A DNA stretch of 64,000 nucleotides from the human T2T-CHM13v2.0 reference genome, Homo sapiens. Positions 16,213 through 32,841 of the stretch are shown here, in pieces. Where the stretch lies: NCBI RefSeq assembly GCF_009914755.1, contig NC_060938.1; one strand, 5' to 3'. Within the stretch, counting starts at the first letter, position 1, and every line of letters begins with the position of its first letter. Below the pieces are notes generated by a model. It made no database searches, was not told where the DNA came from, and saw only the letters and a program-made list of their open reading frames with translations. Both the position numbers and the translations under genes were made by a program.

Positions 16213-17019
16213 TAATTTATTAGTAATTATGCATGAAATATAAGCACTTCAAACACCCCCCATTCTCCCCTGGCCTTTGTGTGTGTGTGCTTTCTATATT
16301 GTACAGAGGTTGTTCCTCTCTAGCTGTAAGATTCCCACTAATGCCCAAGGAAGTTCTGGGCACAGAATAAATAAGAGGAAAAGTTGCCAGGAGCAAGGTT
16401 GTGATGTTTGCCATCAATAAGAGAATAACAGTGTGCTCAGGAGAGGCTGTGGGAGAAGCTCCTTTAGGCTTAGGCCCAGAAGGGAGGAACCAGGACACCT
16501 GGAGAAGCTGTTGCTGGTGGTAGAACTCACCTCCAGAAGATTCAGAGAGGTGGGGGTGAGGTCTACTTTGAGAAGACTTTTTTTGGGTTAAAATTGATTA
16601 AATGACTAATTCAAAATCTGTCAAAAAGAGAAAAACAAAAATAAAAAGCTTCTTCTTGGCTAAGACATCCCATGTCAGATTTCTGCCTGCAGCAAATTTT
16701 CATGGCAAAGGTAGGAAAACGGCGAACGAAAGGCAGTGCTATGGAAAATGACAGCCTGTGGCATGGTAATATAAACACAGCTTCGATGGGGAGTCAGATG
16801 GGGCGGGTCCTATCCAGAAACAGTGCCCACCCGGCCTGTCCTTGTTCCAGCCCTACGCGCACCCCTGCCCTCCCCTCTCAGGCTTCGAGTCAGCTCTACC
16901 CCAGGCCAGGCTTTCCAGGAAAAGCAGTTACCTGTTTTCCCCAGGGTGTCTGTGGCTGCAGGCATTGCCTCCCACATCTCAGGAGAACTAAAAGAGCCTG
17001 GAAACTGAAGTGTTCCTGT

Positions 17020-17044
17020 GGGATGGGGCTGGAATGGGTAGGGG
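17020..17044 (+). other. Putative G-quadruplex
   Basis: GGG-AT-GGGG-CTGGAAT-GGG-TA-GGGG fits the canonical four-G-tract pattern with loops of 1-7 nt. Confidence 0.45.
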
Positions 17045-17118
17045 TAGAATCATGGTAATATTATCTTTGAGGAGTACAGTTTCACAGGCAGTGGCTTTGA
17101 TTCTCTCTTCTGATTTAG

Positions 17119-17458
<340 letters not shown>

Positions 17459-17589
17459 GGAGACGGAAGTTTTGCAATGGCAGAGCCACTCTGGCTGCTT
17501 GAAGAGCACATTGCTTTGTTCTTTCACTGACAGAGTTCTAGTGGCCACAGTTTTGGGGATCTGGGGTGCTAACAGCTTAATACTAACAA

Positions 17590-17780
17590 TTTTATATTCA
17601 TTATCATTTAATCTACAAAACAAATCTCTGAGGCAAGAACTGCCCTTTCCATGGACGAGAAGACCAAATGAATGGAGACTTTCAGGTCCTTGTCCCACAC
17701 AGCTAGTAGTAAGTGGTGGACGATCCCAGATTCCAAACATGATGCCAAATTCAGGCCCCGAGCCCATTTTCTGTGCTGTA
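17590..17780 (-). mobile_element. MIR SINE
   Basis: ATCATTTAATC...ACACAGCTAGTAGTAAGTGG...GATTCCAAAC. Confidence 0.6.
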
Positions 17781-20764
17781 AGTAGGTTTTTCTCTCTCTG
17801 TCCAGTAGGTAAGGAAACACAATAGACTTCTTCAAACAGAAGAAGGCTTTTGCTAGATCAGCGGGCAGCCCTGCACCATGCTTCTTTGGCTGCTTCAATT
17901 CCAACTCCAATACAGCTGGGGGTCCTGAAATTAACCTGAAGAAAACACATGGTATCATAGAGCCATCGTGGCTTGAACTTGCTCAAGGTCATAATGTGAC
18001 CCTGACCTATACTTAACCCTAGTTCAGTCACATAGGCCTGAGAGGGACACCATTATAGGACTTAAAGTCGCCTGGTCCTCGCTACTCTTAAGGGAAAAGA
18101 AGCTATCTGAGCGTTTCTCCACAAATGATCTCGGGAGTGGCCACTTGGTTAATCTTGATGGCCAGAGATATTGACCTTATGTGGGTTATTAGCTAACAGG
18201 ATTGGTTTTCTTATTCCTAAGATAATATGGATGCTTCTAATTGCTTTGTATGGATCTATGACCACCTATTAGAATAGACACCCCATATGTAGAGCATGCA
18301 AACTTTTTCTGGTTAGGTCAACAAAGGCAGCCGGGGAAATCTTAAACCTCTCTGACTTCTGATTTTTGCAGTCATATGGAAGACTTTTTTGACATAGAAT
18401 AGCAAAGGCAGCCTGGATTTCCTGGGTAAGCAGACCACCTCAAAGGTCCACATAAAGTCACTTCCGAGCAATTTAACAGGTAGTACTCTACTGACTCAAA
18501 ATGTCTTCTAAAACACCTAGGCATTTAGCTAACAGCAAGATAATACACAAAGCTCTTCTCAAAGGTAGATTTCCAGTGCATAGCTCAGTTTTTGGATGTA
18601 AGTAGTTCATTAAAAATGGTTAAAGATGGCAAGGTCCAGCTCAAAGACCTGGGCAAGGACAAAGAGTCAAATCTGGCAACTGGGCCTGGGTGGGTGTAGC
18701 CCTTGATTTCCCATGTCCTCCCTGAGTGGGATTATGCCTGCAGTACCTGCTCCATACTGGCACACTTCCTGCAGCTGGGTCAGCTCCAGAAGGTCCCACC
18801 CTGTCACCTCAATCCCACCTCTGTTCCCCATCCCCACCCTGTCCCCTTGGTCCCACCAGCCTTCACATCCATCTTGGCCTCTGCTCTCCCATGATTCTTC
18901 CACACTTCCTTCCCCCACCTTCCTTCACCACACACCACCCTTAGTCCCAGCCTTGGAACCAGGGCCTTCCCTTTTCACTCTGCAGCAGGAGCGATACCTT
19001 AACAAGCTCTTTGCTTGGGAGAGGAAGTATTAGAATTGTCTTAGAACAAAAGCATTTGAGAGCCAGTGCCCTAATCACTTGCAAAACTTTTCAACAAATG
19101 TAAAAAGGAGGAAGAGACCTTAGCTCTAGCCTGGGCTCCACCACCTACAGAAAGGAACCCAGGAATCCAATGGTGGGACTTCTGGCTCAGAAGAACCCCG
19201 AGCCCATTGGTTAATGAGGTTGGCAGTCCAGGGGCTGCCTGCCGTTGCCTGTATTCCAGCAAAGCCTTCTTCTACAGGATCTCAAAGGAACGGGTGACAC
19301 AGGAGAGAACAGTGGGGTCGCATCTGCCCCTCCCTAGTGGCAAATGAGGTTGTGCACCCTGCCTGCCTGTGTAGGATTAAACTCACATCCCTCAGTAACG
19401 AAGCGGCACCCCCTTCCCAGGTAGCATGTGGTTGTCCTTTCCACACAGTGTCACATTTGGAAGCTTTGTCCATGTTTTTCAGGTAATTAATTTGTTGTAA
19501 AAACAAATATCTAGAGAGAGCAAATTTTTCTCAGGGATGCAAATAACCGTGGATGTCTGTGTTTTGTAAAGATGGCGAAACACTGCTGGTTTCATGAATA
19601 GCTTTATTGCATGTGTGAACCATCAGAAATGTAGCCTCACTCCCAATCAACAGGAGCGATTTGTAATCACAAACTTTGTGACAGAAAGACAAATGCGGAA
19701 ATCTCAGGACCAAATTAAGCACAATTAGTATCCATACAGGAAACTCTCCAGTAACCTGGCAATTTGCAGCCTGGGAAGGACACATGCAGCATTGTCTTAA
19801 CAACAAGTTCATCAAACATGTAATTAGCCACCGGCCACCAGCCACCTTTGCAAACCAAATCTGAGCTGCTGCCAGTCAGAGACTGGTCTGCAGATGCCTC
19901 TTGGCTGGAAACAATTTTGAGCAGAAGTTTAGGTGGGTGGATGTGCAAATTCAAGGCGCACCAGTAGGGGCAAACAGCTACACCTCTCTGGCTTTTTATT
20001 TCATGGACTCACAGTATTTTTCCTCGTTTTAATGAACTTGGATTTCAGGGCTCAGTTTCGCTCAAGTTACTTTCTGAAGCAGGAAGTTCAGGGCATCACT
20101 TTATGTCACAGTTTAGCCACCACTATGAAGATAGTTGGCCTGTAAAGGATGACCTTGATTCAATTACATTTTTCATCATCAAGAATTGATTTCAAGCACT
20201 TCCAATAAAAAGAAATATTCAGAAAATGCCAGGATTCATAGCCTCATAAAAACCAGTACAGTAAGAAAGACCTCAGGATCCCCACCTTTCAATTCCAGCA
20301 TTACAGAAAGAATTAACTGAAAAATATTGTCTCCGCAAATAAAAAATAATAGTGCATCCAATTAAGCATGACCAATAAAGATTAAAGTCAGTGGCTTTTC
20401 TTTCTGGACATATCTGTCAATTCACTCTAGGACCAATATAGACTATTTCTCTCAGGAGGTAAGATTACAAAGGAAGAAAAATGTTCTCAGAGCTCAGTTG
20501 GTAATTAATCTTTGCATATGACTTCCTCATAGTTCCCATTAATTATCAATATTCAATCATGCATTAAAAATGGATTTTTCTTTGACAGAATTTAGCTGTT
20601 TATAAGATGATATCAAACTAACTTCTAATATAATCACAGGGCTTGGCCTTGCAAACCTTCATTACATTTTTTACACATCTTTTAGTGAAAGGTTACATAC
20701 AAACAGATTAATAATAGCCATTTCAGCAAAATCAATGTGCAGAAAAACAATATCAAAAGCTAAC

Positions 20765-21070
20765 ATAAGCATATCAACCAACTGCAACGTGTGGACTTTA
20801 TTTGGATTCTGATTCGAACAAACCACTTTTTCAAAAACATGATGGCATTCTTAAGATGATTGGAGCTTGAACAATGACTGGATATTTTACATTAAAAATA
20901 ATTTTTAAGTGCTATAATTGTATTGTGGTTATGTTTAAATATTTATGGATGAGATGATATCTAAGATTTGCTTCAAAATAATATGGGAGAGAGTGGGTGA
21001 GGGTTTAGATAAAACAATATTAGCCATTAGTTGACAAATGCACATGGGGGCTTTTTTTTGTCTCTTCAGC
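20765..21070 (+). mobile_element. L1MC4-like 3' UTR fragment
   Basis: ATAATTGTATTGTGGTTATGT...ATATTTATGGATGAGATGATATCT..GATTTGCTTCAAAATAAT. Confidence 0.75.
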
Positions 21071-21172
21071 CACATATAAACAAAAATGTAAAACAAACAT
21101 GTAAAGTCGACACCAGCATGTCTCTCTCAAGATTATTTATCAGGTAGCAACTGCTTAATAAAAATAAAAGCA

Positions 21173-21791
<619 letters not shown>

Positions 21792-22004
21792 GCAAATTTT
21801 TAAAAATAAAATAAAAATGAAAGCCAATTCTTTTTAATAGTCAAAACCCTAAGCCAGAACTATCAGACCAGAGACCTGCCAATTGAATCTGGCTTGCCAT
21901 TGTGTTTTGTTTGGCTTGCATGGGGTTTTATCAAACATTTACATTTGTTACTAACGATCAAATCAGAATCTTTTGCCAGATTGCTGGCTTCTCTTGAAAA
22001 GTCA

Positions 22005-22349
<345 letters not shown>

Positions 22350-22547
22350 TTAGGCTTTGGACTCTGCTCTTAGAACAGCCCTCCAGAGTTCAGGAACCCA
22401 CTGCCTGCAGACAAAGGATTTTAAATCAGTTTTTCAGCCATTGTCATAAGTTACTACAAGCCACCCACATTTTCAAACCCAGACCCTTTTGTCAAAATGG
22501 CAAAATTCTCTTACCAGAGGCCAGAAAGGGCTTTTAGACCATCTAGC

Positions 22548-22655
22548 CCAGTGGTCCCCAGCCCTGGCTGCACATTAGAAATCACCTACGGGGATTTAAA
22601 ACATTCCAATGCCCAAACTTCAGTTGAGGTCTTTAAATCAGACTCTCTAGGGATG
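22548..22655. mobile_element. MER5-like fragment
   Basis: CAGTGGTCCCCAGCCCTGGCTGCACATTAGAAATCACCT...TAAATCAGACTCTCT. Confidence 0.65.
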
Positions 22656-22664
22656 ACATGTAAA

Positions 22665-23100
22665 TTAATCTGGCCCTACCCAGCCTAGCAGTCTGCCTTC
22701 CATGCTATTCTATAGGAGCTCTACCTTCCACGCAATCTTAGCTGCTCATGAGTGTCTAAATGTGTCCCAGATTTCCCATGCCCTCATAGATGCTATTCCT
22801 ACCATCAAAAACATCCTTTGCCTATTGCAAAACTTTCAAGGGTTTAGGTGCCATCTCCTAATGATGCCTTCCCTGATCTCACTCCCACCAAGCAAGATCT
22901 TTTTCCCTCTTCTGATCTCCCCCATACGAAGTAATTGAAAACTTTCTTATAATGTTTACTCTATTCTGCCCTATGTTACAGCGATTTTATACACCTGTCT
23001 TTCTTAATCCCTTTGAGGCCAGGGGTTGTGTCTTCATTATTTTATCTCCCCCAGCACGATGTCTTAGAAGCAAGTATTCCAGGATGTCAGTGAACTGAAT
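22665..23100 (+). mobile_element. L2 3' region (diverged)
   Basis: TAATCTGGCCC...GATGCCTTCCCTGATC...CTTTGAGGCCAGGGGTTGTGTCTT...TGAACTGAAT. Confidence 0.65.
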
Positions 23101-23107
23101 TAATCTA

Positions 23108-23736
<629 letters not shown>

Positions 23737-26348
23737 TTAATTTGAATTGCATTAAATCATTGGGACTTCATTAGCTTCATACTCTTCAGTAATACCCACA
23801 TCAAAAAACTAGCTGCTTGGAGACTTTCCATGCTCAGCAGCTATAGAAACTCTGTTCTTCTTACTACCCAGGCAGGATTGAGGGCCTCTAAAAGGAATGC
23901 CACGGTCCTTCCTCAGCCTTTGCTTGCACTCCTACAGTGGGTGAGAGTTCCCAGCAGAACTGGCGCGTGGTAGGTCCTCCTCAACCAATGGTAGTTGTTG
24001 ATATGTTATTGGTGCTCAAGTATCCGGCCAAGTTCAAGTGCAGAATGAGCAGCATGAGCTTCCTGGGGCCCCACAGCAGCTGCTGGTCCTCAGAGAAAGC
24101 TCAAGGCAGCCGTGCTTATTATTATTTAAATCAGGTAGCCTTTTCAGAAACTGAAGAAAGCTGTGGACTCCCTCCTGGAAAAGGTACACAGACATCCAGA
24201 GGTTGTGTACCATTTCAGGGACTTCATGCACAGCCCTGCTGAAGCTCCTCATTAGTAACCCCTGGCTAAGACACTGCCCACAATGGGTGACCCTGTGCAC
24301 TGAAGCTTGAGAGAGAAAGCCCAGTGCCAGCCCCAGGAGGCACATGGTTGTGGGCACAAGCACCACCTCCTGGCCATGTGGCCTTGGATGTAGATCACCC
24401 CATTACTCATAGGATTTTTGAGGAGATTAAAAATGAGACTTCTTTTAAACACCTGTCACCTGTCATAGTGTAGGTGCTCAATAAAGGTTATTTCCATCCT
24501 CTCAGGCAGAAAGGACTCGAACTCTAGCTAACTGATCACTAGGCCAAGAGAACATCAACAGTCAACATATTTGGCTTGTCTTTTCCGGGAATCAGAAATC
24601 TAATCAAGTAAGAGGACTTGTACCACATCCTGAAGGTCAAGCCCTTAAGGCCTGCCAGCCTGGGGTGGAATGAACTGCTTTCAGAGGCTGACTTTCCTTT
24701 TACTGCAGGATGGAGATAATTTGGCATATTTGAATTGCTATTGAAGGTAAACAGAGCACTTGTGAGTCACTGGAGAATATAACTGGGTGCCTGGTGGATG
24801 TGTGAATCCTATTTTTACATTACACTGTGGTCCTGTTCTCCAATACCACACTCCAAACAAGAAAATTAAATTAAGCATTGTTTAAAATGCCTCAGACAAT
24901 AATATAAATTTGTATTAAATGAATTTAGTGTCATTTTCTTGTTTGGAGTGGAAGGTGGGAAAACACTGGAGTGGTGGAAAGAGTAAATAGCTAACTTGAT
25001 TAATCCTATTGAAGGAGAGGATGGAGCCACACGAGCGACTTTTGTGTGTGTTTGGTTAATATTTTACTGAAAATTGCTATTAGCTCTAACTGATCCGAAT
25101 CAAAATCCACTGTGTAATATAGCCAACAACTTAATAGCTAAAGAATGGGATGGAAGGCTTGGCATGATACCACAATATTCAGGGAAGTGGCAAAAACAAC
25201 AGAAAAATAAAGGGGCTAGGGAAGGGCTGCAGCTGGGGATTTGAAGCCCAGCAGAGGGAAGGTTCCAACCAAGTAGGGAGGTGGGATGATTGTGGGAGAA
25301 GGTCGGGACAGGTGGGTGCATGCCTGTTCAATGGCTGGCTCTACTGGAAGTCTGCTTTTTGTCATTCACAAATGACAAGGAAAGTGTTTAAACATGGGGG
25401 ATAGAGAATCTCAAAGTGAAACCCCAGCCCTACCCACCCAAGAACCATGGTTATAGCAGCTGCCATGTTCCCTAGAATCCAGCAAAGTCTAGAGCAAGAA
25501 GAGGGAGAATTCCCATGCTGTCCTCAGCCTATGGGGTAATTTTTGTTGGGTGGTCTTTTTACCCTTAACCTGAAGGAGGGAGGGTTATTTTTAATTTCCT
25601 TTCACAGGGGTGTGGAGGGAGCCTGAGAGCAGGGGTCCAGTGGAGGCTGCCATGTTGAGCCCTTGCCTCAGAGCCCAGGTCAACTTACCCATTACCCGGG
25701 CCTCAGCCCAGTGAGGCGGAGCCACTGTGGGCAAGGGAGGATGCTCTGAAGGGCCAGCTGGGCCCACAGTCTGGGGATTTCCTCCTTCCAGAGACAGTAC
25801 AACCAGGAAAATGAGGGCCTTCACTTCTCCATTGTTCCATTCTAAGGTACACAGCCTTTGGAATCTGGCAGTTTGTGGTTGAAATCCTGATTTTACCACT
25901 TATTAGCTATGAGCAGAAAATTATGTGTAGAAAATGAGGGCTATTGTGGGGAATTGAAGAAGATGACAACTATAAAGAGTTTAGCACTTTACTTTACAAT
26001 ACCAGGAAGTAAATGTCCACTTTTCCTGTTACCATGACTTCCAGAGATTCTCAGATTCTCATCCAAAACGTTGTGGAACAAGACAAGAAGAACTGATCAT
26101 ATTTGGCTACTCAGACTCTATCTCACATGTTCCAAAAAGGATTTCAAGTGACTTAAAATGTGAAAAATAATATCAAGTGGAACATTAAAGGTAGAAACAA
26201 GACAGAAACCATCCGGGGAAGCAGAGGAAGCTGGTCTTCCAGGAACTCTCTAAGAGGAGTTAATTAGTGTTGCTGAGGATTGATTTTGGCTTTAGATGTC
26301 CAGGTAACTAAGGCAAGGAGGAAAGTACGTTAGGTTGCATGGTGTCCC

Positions 26349-26404
26349 TACACATACACACACACACACACACACACAGATGCATGCACACACACATACA
26401 CACA
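26349..26404 (+). repeat. Interrupted (CA)n microsatellite
   Basis: Read directly from the sequence. Confidence 0.9.
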
Positions 26405-26980
26405 TGACTATAGAGAAATTCTTCCTTAAAAACTAATTTCCAGGAGAAATTTATGATGTGAATTCTTGAATATAGTATATTGAGTAACAGGATAATGCTT
26501 TCTATCATGGCTCAGATACTCGAAGAGGACTCTTCTACCCACCCTTATGCACTGTGAGGTCATGATGCCTATAGCTAAATTACAGCATGGAGGGGAAGGC
26601 AGCGGCAACTGAGATAATGTAGTACTAGATATTTTGCTCTCTCCTGATTTACTTAATAAAGTGAGAGAATGTGAAGGATCTAGCAGAATGGATAATGGAA
26701 ATGTTCTTTAGCTATCCCTCTAAAAATCTCTGGCTCCTATTACAGATTCATGGTAGAAATCTCCAGTAAGTACCTACAGTGACAATATTTGAGGGTAGCA
26801 GTTAAACTACGAGCCACTGGTTTTAGTTACCAAATGTGAGGGCAGTAGGAAAACATCATACTGATCCAGCTATGCTTTACGTATCTAGCAGAATATGTTA
26901 AACATGTTAGCACATCAGTATAATGTGGGTAAAGAAAAGAAAATAGGGAACAAAAGAGAAAACATAAGCATAATTTTTTA

Positions 26981-27193
<213 letters not shown>

Positions 27194-27392
27194 CTAAAAA
27201 GCAAAGGGGGAAAATGAATCTAATCACTAATTCAACAGTAGCCTCTAAGATAACACATGAATCAGTAAAAGCTAGTCATGAAGTTATTCTAGTTAGTTAT
27301 CACAAAAAAATTGCAAATGTAGGCATGAATTCCAATCTTTTGAACAAATTTGGGAGTCTATAAACAGTCTTGCTAAAAAATAATGGTTTTCC

Positions 27393-27715
27393 TTCATTCA
27401 ACAAATGTTTGTTAGCATCTATCATGTGCCAGGCACTGTTCTAGGTCCTGAAAATACATCAGTGAACAAAACAAAGATCCCTGCCCTGGAGAAGCTCACA
27501 TTCTCAAAGGGCAGACAATGACAATACACTTAACAACAAGTGAAACATGTAATGTTGAAAGGTGATAAATGTTGCAGGGAGAAAAACAAGAATAAGAGGA
27601 GTTTGGGGGCACAGGGGATAAAGGGATGGGGCAGGGTACAGTTTTGAACAAAGGGGTCAGGTAAACCTTGTGGAGAAAGTAACATCTGAGCAAAGCCCTG
27701 AGGAGATGAGGGAGG
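27393..27715 (-). mobile_element. L2a 3' end
   Basis: TCATTCAACAAATGTTTG...TGTGCCAGGCACTGTTCTAGG...AGTGAACAAAACAAAG; contains a five-tract G4 motif at 27605-27636. Confidence 0.87.
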
Positions 27716-27759
27716 TCTAGATAACTGGTAGATGAATTTGTGTTTCACAATGAACTGGA

Positions 27760-29105
<1,346 letters not shown>

Positions 29106-29563
29106 AGAGGCCCAAACACCTGCCACCAAAGATATGTGAATTGTCCCCAAGGAGCACAATCCTCAAATATCTACCTGAAGGGCTCCAGTTAGCAAAAGAT
29201 ACAATCTTCTTTTGAGAAATTTGAGTCTAGCTATGGAGAAACAGTTGAACCTTTACAAACAGCATATTAGCAGGACAAACCAAGGCTATACAAAAATAAT
29301 TAAGGGGTCAGAAATTGCAAAATCATTGTTCAAATAATGTCATGTGTGGCTCCTATGAAGGAGAGGAGTTTTGAGACAGGTTTTAAAGGAGGTAGGGTTG
29401 AAAGGAGGAAAGGAGCACGTTTTTATTCAGTATTCAAATTTAGTATTATTCTTATTTAGTATGATTCAATCTAGGGCACCATCTCTGGAGTCACAATGCT
29501 ATTCAAACCTGTGTGATCATGGACAAGTTGCTTTCCCTCCATGCATCTCAGTTTCCTCATCCA

Positions 29564-29884
<321 letters not shown>

Positions 29885-30214
29885 TTACCTCCAAAGGATA
29901 TGGTGAGGGTTAAACCAGTCTGTGCTTGTAAAGTGCATGTACTAATACTGCGTGTGTGCTTGCTGCTATTTTTATTGGTTATTGCTATATTACTCTTACT
30001 GGTAGAAGGAATGGGCAAGACAGAGGCAAAGAAGTGCTAGTTAAATGCTGCAAATAGACTTTAGCATGTCCGGCTAAGGATAACAGGTTTTCACTGAGAA
30101 AGTTATGAACTCTAGAACAAAGTACTCTGTTGTTCAGTCAGCATTAATCTCAACCAGCACAGTACCTGGCACCAGTATGTCCTTAATAAAAATTTGTGGA
30201 ATTAATTATTTTTT

Positions 30215-30440
30215 AACCATTTACTGGTTATGTGCAATATTCTGGGCACTAAACTACTTTATATGGATGATTATATTTAATCCTCACAATAAACCTACAA
30301 GTTAAGCACTATTATTATCTTTGCTTTTCAGATGAGGTTTAGGAAAGTTAACTTACCCAAGGGCACATGGCCAGTACCTGGCAGATCTAAATATGAACAC
30401 AAATACCCCGATTCCAGAGCTCTTAACTGGTATTCCAGAA
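30215..30440 (-). mobile_element. MIR SINE
   Basis: ATTTAATCCTCACAATAAACCTA...ACTATTATTATC...CAGATGAGG...ACTTACCCAAGG. Confidence 0.8.
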
Positions 30441-31121
30441 TGAATGAATGATCAATCAGTTAATAAAGGGTTTTAGTACTGTCAACAGCAAGAATCAGAA
30501 ATAACCATGAGCAGGAAATGCAAAGGTATTACTTGAGATTTAAAAAAAATTTAAAAAAGGTTCTTAAGAGGCAAGATAGTGGAGACAAAGAACTTATTTA
30601 GAAGCAAATATGGAATACAGGTACTGGGTGATAAAGGCCTGGAAGTGAGATAAAACAAGGTCTCCTGGGCAAGACCACACTGAGGTTTCTCAAGTCCTCC
30701 TTTGCATAAGGGGACTGGTGCCGGGTACCACCTCTTGCTCTAAAATTTGTTGTTTTAATTTGGGGGAATTGCTGTAGGAATCTAACAAAAACTATGAGCC
30801 GGTTCTTTGGAAACACACATGAACAAGTGTTAACATCTCCAGAGGAGCCCAGGCCTCCTGAAGCCAACACAGACTCAGGTTAGGAGCCCTCGTGGTCTAA
30901 ATCCAAACTGGCAAACTCAGGGCACCCACCAAGCTTGCTAGCTGATGTTGATATCTGAGGGATATAAGCCAAGAGGAGCCCTCCTGCCAATGCATATTCA
31001 CTGACAGCCAGACTTCCCTGCAGTGAGATAAGGCTATGGAGTTCCTAGGGGAAGACAAGGAAGCTGGTAGTTCTGGGTTGAAAGCAGGAGGATGAGAATG
31101 TGTTTTCCTTAAGCCCCAGGC

Positions 31122-31125
31122 TTTC

Positions 31126-31160
<35 letters not shown>

Positions 31161-31483
31161 GAGACGGGGCCTCACTCTGTTGCCCAGGCTGGAGTACAGT
31201 GCTGCGATCACAGCTCACTGTAGCCTCGACCTTCTGGGCTCAAGGGATTCTCCCATCTCAGCCTCCAGAGTAGCTAGGACCACATAGGACCACAGGCTTG
31301 CGCCACCCTGAGTGGCTGGGACCATAGGCTCATACCACGCCCGGCTAATTTTTTTTTTTTTTTTTTAGATACGAAGTTTTGCCATGTTGCCCAGGCTGAT
31401 CTTGAACTCCTGAGCTCAAGTATTCTGCCCACCTCAGCTTCCCAAAGTGCTGGGATTACAGACATGAGCCACCATGCCTGGCC
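31122..31483 (-). mobile_element. AluJ with internal tandem duplication
   Basis: Antisense Alu; TSD AGCCCCAGGCTTTC (31112-31125, 31485-31498). Confidence 0.94.
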
Positions 31484-31643
31484 GAGCCCCAGGCTTTCAT
31501 AAAGTAAAGAGAACTCCGTTTGAAGCCCTGCAGATATGGAAATAAGAAGGGAGGTCACTTCAGGGACAGCATTCTCAGGTGACAACATGACGATTTTTGT
31601 GAATTTACAAGACTCACAATCTAGCATTTAAAAAAGAGCACCT

Positions 31644-32088
<445 letters not shown>

Positions 32089-32518
32089 CTATTCCAAGAA
32101 CACAGTAAACAATTCTGAGTGAAAAAAGCATAATCCATCTTATACAGTTTCTACTACTGAAAGGAACTGCCCACATTAAGTATTTCACATATCCAAGTAT
32201 TCCTTTGTTCAACTTTAATGAAAGAAGATTGAGGCTTAATCTAAAAAATTAATTTTAACCCATAATGTTTCCAAATATGTTTTCAATGTTTGTCTGATGC
32301 CAAATATCACATGTCCTATAACCAGACATTTAAAGGCATTTTGGACTTTTGTTTATAAATAAAACAAGTCATCCACAATTAGGAATAAAACAATTTTTTT
32401 GTTGTTGTTCACCAATATACTACTCCTTCCTATAGCTCTGAAGGGAAATGAAGTATATTTCAATAGGGAAAGCAGAAAACCTGCAACTGAAAAAAAATTT
32501 CTCTTTTACAGAATTAAA

Positions 32519-32841
32519 TTTTAATTAATTAATTAATTAATTTATTTATTTTTTTTTTTGAGTTGGAGTCTTGCTCTGTCACCCAGGCTGGTGTGCAATG
32601 GTTCAATCTTGGCTCACTGCAACCTCCGCCTCCTGGGTTAAAGTGATTCTCCTGTCTCAGCCTCCTGAGTAGCTGGGATTACAGGCATGCACCACCAGGC
32701 CAGGCTAATTTTTGCATTTTTAGTAGAGATGGGTTTTTGCCATGTTGGCCAGGCTGGTCTCGAACTCCTGACCTCAGGTGATCTGCCCGCCTTGGCCTCC
32801 CAAAGTGCTGGGATTACAGGCATGAGCCACCGTGCCCGGCC
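32519..32841 (-). mobile_element. AluSx-like SINE with (TTAA)n tail
   Basis: Full antisense dimer. Confidence 0.96.

Noticed and set aside
19325-19972. CTCF-like strings CTGCCCCTCCCTAGTGGC and CCAGTAGGGGCA (also CCACCAGAGTGGCAG near 58920)
   Set aside because: Each needs an indel within the core motif.
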